Source: a virus
Lineage: Duplodnaviria > Caudoviricetes
Direction: 5' to 3' (one strand)
Length of the DNA stretch: 47,755 nucleotides
IMG/VR virus record: IMGVR_UViG_3300023184_003282
Span: 1-47,755 of that record
This document shows positions 1 through 9,337 of this stretch, piece by piece. Position 1 is the first letter of the stretch. Each line of letters begins with the position of its first letter. The position numbers were made by a program, and so were the translations under genes. A model generated the notes under the pieces. The model saw only the letters and a program-made list of their open reading frames with translations. It had not been told where the DNA came from and searched no databases.

Positions 1-288
1 AGACACTAACTGGTTTTTGGGATGCTTCTAGAACATTTGTAAACAATAATAGTGCTAGTTTAACCAATGTTTATAATTTAACTGCTAATTATACTTCAGT
101 TTATAGTACCGTTAGCTCTAATAGTGCTAATTGGAACTATCAAGGTACAGACATCAAGACACTAACTGGTTTTTGGGATGCTTCTAGAACATTTGTAAAC
201 AATAATAGTGCTAGTTTAACCAATGTTTATAATTTAACTGCTAATTATACTTCAGTTTATAGTACCGTTAGCTCTAATAGTGCTAATT
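1..288 (+). repeat. Perfect 156-nt (52-aa) tandem repeat inside the fibre gene
   Basis: agacactaactggtttttgggatgcttctaga... starts at 1 and again at 157; the copies are identical for about 130 nt. Confidence 0.95.
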
Positions 289-770
289 ATATTTTAAATG
301 GTGGTAATACGAGAAATTCTAATTTAGTACTAGGAACTAATGATAATTTTAACTTAAAATTAGAAACTAATGGAATTGATAGATTAATAATATCTTCCAC
401 TGGTGAAATATCAGCAATTGGAAATCTACAAACAGTCACAACCACAGAAACAAAGGCAACTCCATCTATTGTTACCAGTACTTTAACTTTAGATTTAACA
501 TCCGCTACGTTATTTGTGGTTAATTTAAATTCCGACATAACAACATTTAATCTTTCTAATCCTCCCACGTCACCAAAGGTTTATGGATTTACACTTCAAT
601 TTATAAATGATGGTACATCAAGGTTAATAAGTTGGCCGAACAACGTATATTGGGAAGATTCTATATTACCCGATACGTCAATCACACTAAATAAAGTTGA
701 TACTTTTGTATTCATAACGCATGATGGAGGAACTAAGTACTATGGATCACACGCAATAAAAAATGCTTAA
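1..770 (+). CDS. Tail fibre/virion fibre protein, 5'-truncated by the window edge (the ORF track start at 516 is internal)
   Basis: The frame is open from position 3 (TLTGFWDASRTFVNNNSAS...) to TAA at 768-770. It has 52-aa S/T/N-rich repeats and the same C-terminal domain (...GFTLQFINDGTSRLISWP...VDTFVFITHDGGTKYYG) as 8082..9335. Confidence 0.75.
   Translation, partial: TLTGFWDASRTFVNNNSASLTNVYNLTANYTSVYSTVSSNSANWNYQGTDIKTLTGFWDASRTFVNNNSASLTNVYNLTANYTSVYSTVSSNSANYILNGGNTRNSNLVLGTNDNFNLKLETNGIDRLIISSTGEISAIGNLQTVTTTETKATPSIVTSTLTLDLTSATLFVVNLNSDITTFNLSNPPTSPKVYGFTLQFINDGTSRLISWPNNVYWEDSILPDTSITLNKVDTFVFITHDGGTKYYGSHAIKNA
298..748 (+). repeat. Long direct repeat, copy 1 (fibre C-terminal domain)
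   Basis: Aligns without gaps to 8863..9313 (offset 8565), with about 15 mismatches by manual count. Confidence 0.95.
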
Positions 771-779
771 TTTTTAGTC

Positions 780-810
780 TTGACTTTTTTGTATATTTTA
801 TATTTATTAT
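780..810 (+). promoter_or_regulatory. Possible sigma70-type promoter for the enzyme cassette
   Basis: TTGACT at 780-785 and TATTAT at 805-810 (19-nt spacer, which is long), just upstream of ATG 820. Confidence 0.35.
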
Positions 811-819
811 ATATAAAAT

Positions 820-1845
820 ATGCATTTATTAGATCAAGAATTAAATTTAATGATTAAGGGTAGATTTGACGAGGCTTGGAAAATATCTCAAAAGTTAGAA
901 AAAAAAGACCCAAACGACATAAGACACCAATTTAATAGAGGTTGGTTTCTAATAAATCAAGGTAAATTTCAAGAAGGATTTCAACTTCTGGATGCTGGTA
1001 GATTTATAAACGTATATGGAGATACTAAACCAAATACAAATAAACCAATATGGAATCAAGACGATTTAAACGATAAAATAGTAATTTTATATTTAGAGGG
1101 TGGTTTGGGGGATCAAATGATACATGTTAGATTTGCAAAACAGTTACATGAGAGGGGTGCCAAATGTATAATTAGTAGCGACCCATCATTACATTGTTTA
1201 TTTTCGAATATGGATGGCGTTCATAGATGTATAACTAGAAATGATATACCTATTACATATCATGATTTTTGGATTCCTTCATTTAGTGCGGGTTGGTTGC
1301 TGGGAAACACATTTGAAAATTTACCAAATAAACCATATATAACATCAAACGTGAATAGTGATCAAGTATGGAAATCTGTAATAAATAGCGATAAGGTAAA
1401 AATTGGTATAAGATGGAGTGGTAATCCACAATTCGAACATCAACAATTTAGATTATTTCCCGCTGAAAATTTAATAAAGTTTTCAAAATTTGAAAATATT
1501 CAATTATATTCTTTACAAAAAGACTCAGACGTTAAAGAATTACCGGACAATATAATTGATCTTCAGCATTTATTAATTTCTTGGCGGGATACTGCATCCG
1601 CTATAGCAAATTTAGACTTAGTTATTACGTCGTGTACCAGCATAGCTCATTTAGCTTCCGCTATGGGTAAACCAACGTGGGTGGTAGTTCCTATATTACC
1701 ATATCATATTTGGGCTTATGGGGATAAACATACCCCATGGTATCAGAATACAACAAGAATTTTTAGACAAAAAAAGTTTGGAGATTGGAGTGATACATTC
1801 AAAGAAGTTGAAAAAGAATTGATTAAAACGTTTAAACTGAAATGA
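820..1845 (+). CDS. TPR-helix plus GT-B (GT9/heptosyltransferase-like) glycosyltransferase
   Basis: N-terminal TPR-like helices; motifs EGGLGDQMIHVRF, KIGIRWSGNP and DTASAIANLDLVITSCTSIAHLASAMGKPTWV are typical of TPR-GT9 proteins. Confidence 0.85.
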   Translation: MHLLDQELNLMIKGRFDEAWKISQKLEKKDPNDIRHQFNRGWFLINQGKFQEGFQLLDAGRFINVYGDTKPNTNKPIWNQDDLNDKIVILYLEGGLGDQMIHVRFAKQLHERGAKCIISSDPSLHCLFSNMDGVHRCITRNDIPITYHDFWIPSFSAGWLLGNTFENLPNKPYITSNVNSDQVWKSVINSDKVKIGIRWSGNPQFEHQQFRLFPAENLIKFSKFENIQLYSLQKDSDVKELPDNIIDLQHLLISWRDTASAIANLDLVITSCTSIAHLASAMGKPTWVVVPILPYHIWAYGDKHTPWYQNTTRIFRQKKFGDWSDTFKEVEKELIKTFKLK

Positions 1846-2459
1846 ATTATATTTCTCAAGTTTTTACTCCAACAAGTTTAGAACATGCAAAAAATATTTG
1901 CTTAACACCAGATCAAAGTGATCCTGATAAATTCATAAACGAAACAAATTTTTTTATAAATTTTGTAAAAGAAAATTATATAAATTCAAATAGTTGTGTT
2001 GCAGATTTTGGATGTGGTATGGGCAGAGTTAGTAAGCAATTAATTGAACAAATTGGTTGTGATGTAGTTGGTTTTGATATTAGTTACCCAATGCTTCTTA
2101 CTGCGAAAAATTATATAAATAATGATAAATTTGATCATATAAAATATGATAAACACGTTAAAACATTTAATAAAAAATTTGACGTAGTTATAAGCATTTT
2201 GGTTTTACAGCATAGTGAACATCCACAAGAAGATCTTATATTTATAAAAAATATTTTAAAACCTGATGGTATTTTTATATTAGTAAACGAAACCAAAAGG
2301 TTTATTCCAATCGATATAGAAAATAAACATGTAGTTTGGTATGACGATGGAATTGATATAGAAAAATTAACTTCTGATCATTTTATACCTTTATCTAAAA
2401 ACAAATATTATAACAGAAAAGATAATTGTTTGACAATTTATAAAAATAAATTACAATAA
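1842..2459 (+). CDS. Class I SAM-dependent methyltransferase
   Basis: Motifs VADFGCGMGR, VGFDIS, FDVVIS..VLQH and LKPDG. Confidence 0.88.
   Translation: MNYISQVFTPTSLEHAKNICLTPDQSDPDKFINETNFFINFVKENYINSNSCVADFGCGMGRVSKQLIEQIGCDVVGFDISYPMLLTAKNYINNDKFDHIKYDKHVKTFNKKFDVVISILVLQHSEHPQEDLIFIKNILKPDGIFILVNETKRFIPIDIENKHVVWYDDGIDIEKLTSDHFIPLSKNKYYNRKDNCLTIYKNKLQ
2430..2457 (+). promoter_or_regulatory. sigma70-type promoter upstream of the sulfotransferase
   Basis: TTGACA (2430-2435)-N16-TACAAT (2452-2457); ATG at 2469. Confidence 0.5.
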
Positions 2460-2468
2460 ATTTATACT

Positions 2469-3263
2469 ATGAATAAACAAAAAACATTACACCTAGTGGC
2501 CGGATTACCAAGAAGCGGATCAACCATGTTGATCAATATTCTGAGGCAGAATCCTTCAGTTGATGGTGTAGCGGTAAGTTCCTTATGTCCCGTTATAAAT
2601 GCCGTACATTCAAATTGGGAAAATTTAGAAGCAAATAAAGAATTTCCAAACGAAACCGCAAAAATAGATACTTTAAATTCTATTTTGTTTGGATATCACA
2701 AATCATGCAAAAAAGAGATTATCTTTGATAAAGACAGAATGTGGATATCAAAAATTCCATTATTAGAAAATATTCTACAGAAAAAAGTTAAAATTTTATG
2801 TCCCGTTAGAAATCCAGCTGAAATTTTATCATCATTTGAAAAAATAAGAAGAAGCAATCCAACACAATTAATTTCTGGAGATTCGGGGCATTCTACCATT
2901 GCGGCTAGATGTATGTATTATTCAAACCCCGATGGCATCTTGGGACTATCTCATGCTTTAATTAAAGATGCGATAACCATGGGGTATTTGGATCGATTAT
3001 TGTTTATAGATTATAATCGTTTTTGTAATTCTCCTAAAAGTCATTTAAAAAGAATTTATGATTTTTTTGAATTACCATCATTTGAACATGATTTTAAAAA
3101 TATAAATCAAAAAGAAACATATAATGATTTAGCAACTGGACATCCGAATTTACATAAAATTAAACCAAGTTTGGAAAAAACTACGACAAATTGCGTAGAT
3201 TATATAGGTCTAGATCTATATCAACAATATAATAGAGAAATTTTTTGGGATGCTTGGATTTAA
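2469..3263 (+). CDS. PAPS-dependent sulfotransferase family protein
   Basis: 5'-PSB loop AGLPRSGSTML, 3'-PB motif VRNPAEILSS, and the later DYNRFCNSP...RIYDFFEL motif. Confidence 0.85.
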   Translation: MNKQKTLHLVAGLPRSGSTMLINILRQNPSVDGVAVSSLCPVINAVHSNWENLEANKEFPNETAKIDTLNSILFGYHKSCKKEIIFDKDRMWISKIPLLENILQKKVKILCPVRNPAEILSSFEKIRRSNPTQLISGDSGHSTIAARCMYYSNPDGILGLSHALIKDAITMGYLDRLLFIDYNRFCNSPKSHLKRIYDFFELPSFEHDFKNINQKETYNDLATGHPNLHKIKPSLEKTTTNCVDYIGLDLYQQYNREIFWDAWI

Positions 3264-3949
3264 TGAACTTAAATTCGACATTAAATTTTTCTCATGATAA
3301 GCAAATAGAATCCGCTTATATAATCTCATTACCAAATAATGAGATTTCGAAAAAACATACTAAAAAATGTATAGAGTCCTGTGAAAAAATAAAGTTAAAT
3401 TATAAAATACAAGAAGGTTTCGATGGAACTGATAAAAAAACAATTAAAATTCCTAAACATTTAAAAAATCAAAGTTGGGTTAATTGGATTAAAGTATTAA
3501 ATCAAAATTTAAAAATAACGGAGGTGTGTTGTTTTTTAAGTCATTTATCTTTATGGATAAAGTGTATAGAATTAGATAAACCAATAATAATATTAGAGCA
3601 TGATGCTCTAATGTTAAAACCATTTAACATTCATAATATACCAAATTGTATAATATATTTAGGATCAAATTACCAAATAAAAATAAATAATTTTAATATG
3701 GTATATGGACAACTAAATCAAAATTATAGATTTATGTATTGTGCTCATGCATATTCTATAGATCCGTTTATAGCTAAAAATTTAGTATCAAATGTAATAA
3801 AAACCGGAATAACGCACTCTTTAGATGCTTACATAAGATCAGATTTATTTGCAATACATCAAGAAGGATTTTACGCATATAATGATGATGAAAACAACAC
3901 CACAATACATGATTGTGAAAATTTAATGTTAAAAAATTACATAAATTAA
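3263..3949 (+). CDS. GT25-like glycosyltransferase
   Basis: Motifs AYIISL, EGFDG, EVCCFLSHLSLW.KC, IIILEHDA and AHAYSI. The start was moved to the ATG in the TAATG overlap at 3263. Confidence 0.8.
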   Translation: MNLNSTLNFSHDKQIESAYIISLPNNEISKKHTKKCIESCEKIKLNYKIQEGFDGTDKKTIKIPKHLKNQSWVNWIKVLNQNLKITEVCCFLSHLSLWIKCIELDKPIIILEHDALMLKPFNIHNIPNCIIYLGSNYQIKINNFNMVYGQLNQNYRFMYCAHAYSIDPFIAKNLVSNVIKTGITHSLDAYIRSDLFAIHQEGFYAYNDDENNTTIHDCENLMLKNYIN

Positions 3950-3951
3950 AA

Positions 3952-5304
3952 ATGAGACGATTAGATATAATATTAAGAACGTGTTCAAATTCAAAACTTG
4001 AAAATAATTTAAAAACGCAAAACTACAAAAGAATTTGTGGTGATTCTAGAGAAGAAATGATATTTAATTGTTTAATATCACTAATTCAATCTATTAATAA
4101 TTGTAATTTTGATATACACTTTACAATTTTAGATGATAATTCGTCTAAATCATTTATAACTAAAGTTAAAATTCTATTAGAAAAATGTAATAAACCGTCA
4201 GAAATAATAAGTTTAAAAGATAAAGGATTTAACAATTCAGCATATGAACAATTTTTATTAGCTTCTAAATGTGAGGATTTAGTATATACGGTAGAAGACG
4301 ATTACATACATGAAATTAATGCTATAAATTATCTATTAGGATCTTTTTTTCATTTAGAAGACAGATTAAAACAAGGCATTGCATTATTTCCATTTGATTG
4401 TCCATTCAGATATGAAACTAATTCTGAACAATCAACAATATTATTACATGACGGAATACGTTATTGGAGACATGTATCACATACAACAAATACTATATTT
4501 TCAAAATCTAGTTTTTTTAAAGATAATTTTAAAATATTCGAAAATTTAGCAAAAAACTATCCACAAGTTAATGAAGATCATACTATAAATACATTATATA
4601 AAAAATTATTTGATACTGATAATAATAAAATAAATTTATTTAGTCCAATACCATCTATAGCATATCATTTATCATATGCTAATCCGGTTGAAATTAAAAC
4701 CGATCATTTATCGTGGAGAGATTTATGGCATAACGATTCCAAAATAGATTTAATTGATGGATGGTTTTTATATAAATTTTTTTACTATGATATTGTTAAC
4801 AGATTAAATGATGATTCTGTAATTTACGAAATAGGAAGTTGGATGGGTAAATCCACTATAGGAATGGCGTTGATGAATAAAAAACTCAATAAAAAATGTA
4901 AAATTCATGCAATTGATACGTGGCAAGGAAGCGATGAACAGAAACATAAAGAGGTTATTAATAATTTAAAAAATAAAAATACAACTTTATATATAAGATT
5001 TTTACATAACTTAGAAATTTTTAATGTTAAAGACTCTATCATACCTATTAAAAAAACAAGCATTGAAGCATCGCTAGAGGTTAAAAATAAAAGCGCAGAT
5101 CTCGTTATAATAGACGGGTCGCATCAGTATAATGACGTTTTAGATGACATAAAAGCATGGATCCCAAAAGTTAAAACCGGAGGAATATTAGCAGGAGATG
5201 ATTTCTCAGATGGATGGCCTGATGTTAAAAAGGCTGTTATTGATTTTTTTGGTGAAAGTAATTTTAACATTCACGGTAGCACTTGGTATAAAATTATAGA
5301 CTAA
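3952..5304 (+). CDS. Fusion of a GT-A (GT2-like) glycosyltransferase and a Methyltransf_24-like SAM methyltransferase
   Basis: N-half has ILDDNS and VYTVEDDYIH. C-half has YEIGSWMGKST, AIDTWQG, IIDGSHQY and W.PKVKTGGILAGDD. Confidence 0.8.
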   Translation: MRRLDIILRTCSNSKLENNLKTQNYKRICGDSREEMIFNCLISLIQSINNCNFDIHFTILDDNSSKSFITKVKILLEKCNKPSEIISLKDKGFNNSAYEQFLLASKCEDLVYTVEDDYIHEINAINYLLGSFFHLEDRLKQGIALFPFDCPFRYETNSEQSTILLHDGIRYWRHVSHTTNTIFSKSSFFKDNFKIFENLAKNYPQVNEDHTINTLYKKLFDTDNNKINLFSPIPSIAYHLSYANPVEIKTDHLSWRDLWHNDSKIDLIDGWFLYKFFYYDIVNRLNDDSVIYEIGSWMGKSTIGMALMNKKLNKKCKIHAIDTWQGSDEQKHKEVINNLKNKNTTLYIRFLHNLEIFNVKDSIIPIKKTSIEASLEVKNKSADLVIIDGSHQYNDVLDDIKAWIPKVKTGGILAGDDFSDGWPDVKKAVIDFFGESNFNIHGSTWYKIID

Positions 5305-6026
5305 TGTTTTCTGTTAATGATAAAATAAATAAAAACGTTTTAGTTTCATGTGATCATGGATTGATGATCGTAAATAGATTTGATTTTGATGAAAATAAAG
5401 TAGGAAATGGACAATTTTTATTAGATCATGGAAATAATTGCACATTAGAAGCTCAAAAAAGTTTTGAATATATTAAAAATAAGGAAAATCCAATAATATT
5501 TGATATTGGAGCAAATATAGGAACATATTCCACTTGGATGGCTAGAATTTTTCCAAATGGGAAAATATATTCATTCGAACCTCAACGTATAATATTTCAA
5601 ATGTTATGTGGGAATATAGCAATTAATAATTTTGATAATTGCTATACATATAACGCCGCTATCGGAAATATAAATGGTTCATTGGAAATAGAAGAACCAA
5701 ACTATTATAAACAACAAAGTTTTGGTAATTATAATGTTTGCGATAAAACTGACAATATTAAAAATATAATAGATATATTTAAATTAGATTATTTTATAAA
5801 AAAATATAAAATTAAAACTGTAGATTTTATTAAAATAGATGTGGAAGGAATGGATATTGAGGTTTTATTTGGAGCAATGAATATTTTAAAAAAACAAAAA
5901 CCATCATTACTAATAGAATATACTAACGATAAACAATCAAGTTTAGATGAAATAATTAAAATATTAAAAGATATCAATTACTCATTTGAAATTTTAGATA
6001 GAAATATATTAGCTAAACCCAATTAA
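5304..6026 (+). CDS. FkbM-family methyltransferase
   Basis: Motifs FDIGANIG, YSFEPQ and FIKIDVEGMD. Confidence 0.9.
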   Translation: MFSVNDKINKNVLVSCDHGLMIVNRFDFDENKVGNGQFLLDHGNNCTLEAQKSFEYIKNKENPIIFDIGANIGTYSTWMARIFPNGKIYSFEPQRIIFQMLCGNIAINNFDNCYTYNAAIGNINGSLEIEEPNYYKQQSFGNYNVCDKTDNIKNIIDIFKLDYFIKKYKIKTVDFIKIDVEGMDIEVLFGAMNILKKQKPSLLIEYTNDKQSSLDEIIKILKDINYSFEILDRNILAKPN

Positions 6027-6027
6027 T

Positions 6028-6744
6028 ATGAATAAAATTGAAAAAAATATCTTTATATGTTGGGACGATAAAGATGTTATCAATCATAACTCTCCATTAA
6101 TTTCTAATGGATTAAGAAAAGTAATAGAGTTAAACCCAGAATGGAAAGTTAATATATACGATTCGAAAGAAATTGATATTTATCTTAAAAATGTTTTGTC
6201 TCAAAAAGATTATATTTTAATGAAAGATAAACACATTGTAGAAAAATGTGACCTCTGGAGATTATATAAAATTTATAATGAGGGTGGAATGTATATAGAT
6301 ATTGATAGATTTTATAATATAAGTTTATCAGATATTCTTGATGATAATACAAAATGTGTATTACCTACATATTTAGATCATGATTTCTCACAAGATTTCA
6401 TGTTAAGCGAATCAAATAATCCAATATATTTAAATACTATAGAATTAATATTACAAAGACGCCGACAGGGTAATAAAAATATATATTTTCTCGGTCCACA
6501 GACGTATATGCATTCAATAACTAAATTAATATGCGGACAAGAAATTAATTCTAATCCTGGAGTAGATATATTTAATCAAATTAGAGATACATTGAAACAA
6601 TATCCATTCATAAAAACATACAGAGAATCAAGTCCACACAATACTGTCGTATATAACAATACAAGTGATATTTTAGATTGGGAAAAACTTAAAAAAGAAT
6701 TTTATGCTAGTTATGGAATAAAACATTGGACGGGAGAATGGTAA
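6028..6744 (+). CDS. GT32/DXD-type (OCH1-like) glycosyltransferase
   Basis: Motifs LNPEW, KCDLWRLYKIYNEGGMYIDID and a C-terminal HWTGEW. Confidence 0.8.
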   Translation: MNKIEKNIFICWDDKDVINHNSPLISNGLRKVIELNPEWKVNIYDSKEIDIYLKNVLSQKDYILMKDKHIVEKCDLWRLYKIYNEGGMYIDIDRFYNISLSDILDDNTKCVLPTYLDHDFSQDFMLSESNNPIYLNTIELILQRRRQGNKNIYFLGPQTYMHSITKLICGQEINSNPGVDIFNQIRDTLKQYPFIKTYRESSPHNTVVYNNTSDILDWEKLKKEFYASYGIKHWTGEW

Positions 6745-6745
6745 T

Positions 6746-7408
6746 ATGAAGAAAATAAAATTACCAAAAATATTTCAACCATATTATTGTGATGATCTTA
6801 TTAGGCTTGGAAAAAACAACGATGGCGGATATCTAATTAATAAACAAGACGTTTTAACGACAAAAAAAATTATAAGTTTTGGAATTGGGAAAGATTGTTC
6901 ATTTGAACAAGATTTTACAAATATAAATGATTGTGAACTATATGCTTTTGATATTAATGAGTTAGAAGATAATATTAAACCATTTTTTAATAAAAAAAGA
7001 AAATTTAAAAAACAAAATATTAATAATTCAGATTTAAATAATATTTTAAATTCAGATAAAATATTTTTAAAATGCGATATAGAAGGATCGGAATATGAAT
7101 TATTAGATAAATTAATTGAACATAATAAAAAATTTATCGGATTAGTTATTGAATTTCATGAAATTACTAACAATGAAAATTTTAATAAACTAACTAATTT
7201 TATTAGTAAAATAGATCAAAAATTAATTCATACTCATATAAATAATTATTTTTATTATAAAATGCAAACTCAAAATATTCCCGATATTTTAGAATTAACC
7301 TTTACTAATTCAATAAATATAAAGTATAAAAAAGAATTAAAACTTCCAAATGCTTTAGATATGCCAAATAATTCTAATGATGAAGAATTTGAAATATATT
7401 TTGATTAA
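6746..7408 (+). CDS. FkbM-like (Methyltransf_22-type) methyltransferase
   Basis: Motifs LIRLGKNNDGGY, SFGIG.D.SFE, LKCDIEGSE, IEFH and HTHINN. Confidence 0.75.
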   Translation: MKKIKLPKIFQPYYCDDLIRLGKNNDGGYLINKQDVLTTKKIISFGIGKDCSFEQDFTNINDCELYAFDINELEDNIKPFFNKKRKFKKQNINNSDLNNILNSDKIFLKCDIEGSEYELLDKLIEHNKKFIGLVIEFHEITNNENFNKLTNFISKIDQKLIHTHINNYFYYKMQTQNIPDILELTFTNSINIKYKKELKLPNALDMPNNSNDEEFEIYFD

Positions 7409-7449
7409 AATATACTTGTAAAATTTAAAAACTATTATAATATAAATAT

Positions 7450-8049
7450 ATGATACCGGAACATAAAAAATTAAACATGGGTTGTGGTTTTAAAAAATTA
7501 AATAACTTTTGGAATGTGGATTTTAATAAAAACTGTAATCCAGATGAAGTTGTAGACTTTGAAACAACTCCTTTTCCATGGGAAGATAATTTTTTTGATG
7601 AAATTTTAGCTGATAATTGCATTGAACATTTGGGACAATCTCCTAAAAAGTTTTCTGAGATAATCAGAGAGATGTATAGAATTAGTTCGACTGATTCTAT
7701 GTGGACGATAATCGTACCACACCATAGATGTGATAACTATTGGGATGATTTTACTCACGTAAGAACAATTACGGAAAATACATTTAAACATTTTGATAGA
7801 AAGATGAATTTAGAAAATATAAAAAATAATATCGGTGCAAGCACTCATGGATTAAATTACGATCTAGATTTAGAAGTTATAGACGTAAAATATGATATAA
7901 CATATCCATTCAGAAATAAATTAGAATCTGGAATAATAGGCAACATGCAATTAAACATAGACTTAAATACTATGAATAACGTAGCAGAAAGAGTTACTAT
8001 TTTCATCAAAGTTCATAAACCGATTAGATATAAAAATGGTATTTTATAA
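7450..8049 (+). CDS. SAM-dependent methyltransferase (type 11-like)
   Basis: Motifs KLNMGCG, NVD, PFPWEDNFFDEI, IEHL, EMYRI and DFTHVR. Confidence 0.8.
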   Translation: MIPEHKKLNMGCGFKKLNNFWNVDFNKNCNPDEVVDFETTPFPWEDNFFDEILADNCIEHLGQSPKKFSEIIREMYRISSTDSMWTIIVPHHRCDNYWDDFTHVRTITENTFKHFDRKMNLENIKNNIGASTHGLNYDLDLEVIDVKYDITYPFRNKLESGIIGNMQLNIDLNTMNNVAERVTIFIKVHKPIRYKNGIL

Positions 8050-8081
8050 TAATGTATGATTACATATTGTAAATATTGTAA

Positions 8082-9335
8082 ATGGCGGATATCACATTAA
8101 AATCTAAAAGAATAGATGAATTACCAACTACAGCTACTTTAAATGGTAACGAATTATTTCCAATTTCGCAAGATGCAGTAACAAAAAGAGCAGATTTTGA
8201 TTTAATTCTTAATTGGATTAGAAGTAAAGAATTTTCAACATACGTATATTCTAATAGTGCTAGTTTAAACAATGTATTTAGTTTAACAGGTAATTATACT
8301 TCAGTTTATAGTACAATTACTGGTATTTCTTCAGTTTGGAATGCATCTAGGACATATGTAAACTCAAATAGTGCTAGTTTAAACAATGTTTATTCTTTAA
8401 CGAGTAACTATGCTTCAGTTTATAGTACGGTTAATGTTATTTCTTCATTTTGGGACTCATCTAGGACATATGTAAACTCAAATAGTGCTAGTTTAAACAA
8501 TGTATTTAGTTTAACAGGTAATTATACTTCAGTTTATAGTACGGTTAATGTTATTTCTTCATTTTGGGACTCATCTAGGACATATGTAAACTCAAATAGT
8601 GCTAGTTTAAACAATGTATTTAGTTTAACAGGTAATTATACTTCAGTTTATAGTGCGGTTAATGGTATTTCTTCATTTTGGGATGCCTCTAGGACATATG
8701 TAAACTCTAATAGTGCTAGTTTAAACAATGTATTTAGTTTAACAGGTAATTATACTTCAGTTTATAGCAAGGTTCAAAGCAGCTCTGCAAATTGGGATCT
8801 AGTATATTCTGGAGGTTATCAAGGTACGGATATTAAACAAATAACAGCTTCATTCGTTAGGGATGGTGGTAATACGAGAAATTCTAATTTAGCGATAGGA
8901 ACAAACGATAATTTTAACTTAAAATTAGAAACTAATGGAATTGATAGATTAATAATATCTTCCACTGGTGAAATATCAGCAATTGGAAATCTACAAACAG
9001 TCACAACCACAGAAACAAAGGCAACTCCATCTATTGTTACCAGTACTTTAACTTTAGATTTAACATCCGCTACGTTATTTGTGGTTAATTTAAATTCCGA
9101 CATAACAACAGTTAATCTTTCTAATCCTCCCACGTCACCAAAGGTTTATGGATTTACACTTCAATTTATAAATGATGGTACATCAAGGTTAATAAGTTGG
9201 CCGAACAACGTATACTGGGAAGAATCTATACCACCCGATACGTCAATCACACTAAATAAAGTTGATACTTTTGTATTCATAACACATGACGGGGGAGCTA
9301 AGTATTATGGATTCACATCAGGAAAGAATTTTTAA
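8082..9335 (+). CDS. Tail fibre/virion fibre protein
   Basis: N-terminal KRIDELP...LNGNELFPISQ..TKR motif as seen in phage fibre proteins, five 38-aa repeats, and a C-terminal domain shared with the gene ending at 770. A tail-fibre chaperone follows immediately. Confidence 0.75.
   Translation: MADITLKSKRIDELPTTATLNGNELFPISQDAVTKRADFDLILNWIRSKEFSTYVYSNSASLNNVFSLTGNYTSVYSTITGISSVWNASRTYVNSNSASLNNVYSLTSNYASVYSTVNVISSFWDSSRTYVNSNSASLNNVFSLTGNYTSVYSTVNVISSFWDSSRTYVNSNSASLNNVFSLTGNYTSVYSAVNGISSFWDASRTYVNSNSASLNNVFSLTGNYTSVYSKVQSSSANWDLVYSGGYQGTDIKQITASFVRDGGNTRNSNLAIGTNDNFNLKLETNGIDRLIISSTGEISAIGNLQTVTTTETKATPSIVTSTLTLDLTSATLFVVNLNSDITTVNLSNPPTSPKVYGFTLQFINDGTSRLISWPNNVYWEESIPPDTSITLNKVDTFVFITHDGGAKYYGFTSGKNF
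8238..8768 (+). repeat. 114-nt (38-aa) tandem repeat, about 4.7 copies
   Basis: tagtttaaacaatgt recurs at 8261, 8375, 8489, 8603 and 8717; the unit is approximately YVNSNSASLNNVFSLTGNYTSVYSTVNVISSFWDSSRT. Confidence 0.95.
8863..9313 (+). repeat. Long direct repeat, copy 2
   Basis: Near-identical to 298..748. Confidence 0.95.
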
Positions 9336-9337
9336 TT

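Noticed and set aside
298-9313. Diversity-generating retroelement TR/VR pair
   Set aside because: The mismatches are not adenine-specific (T/C, T/G, TT/CC occur), both copies are coding, and there is no reverse transcriptase in the window.
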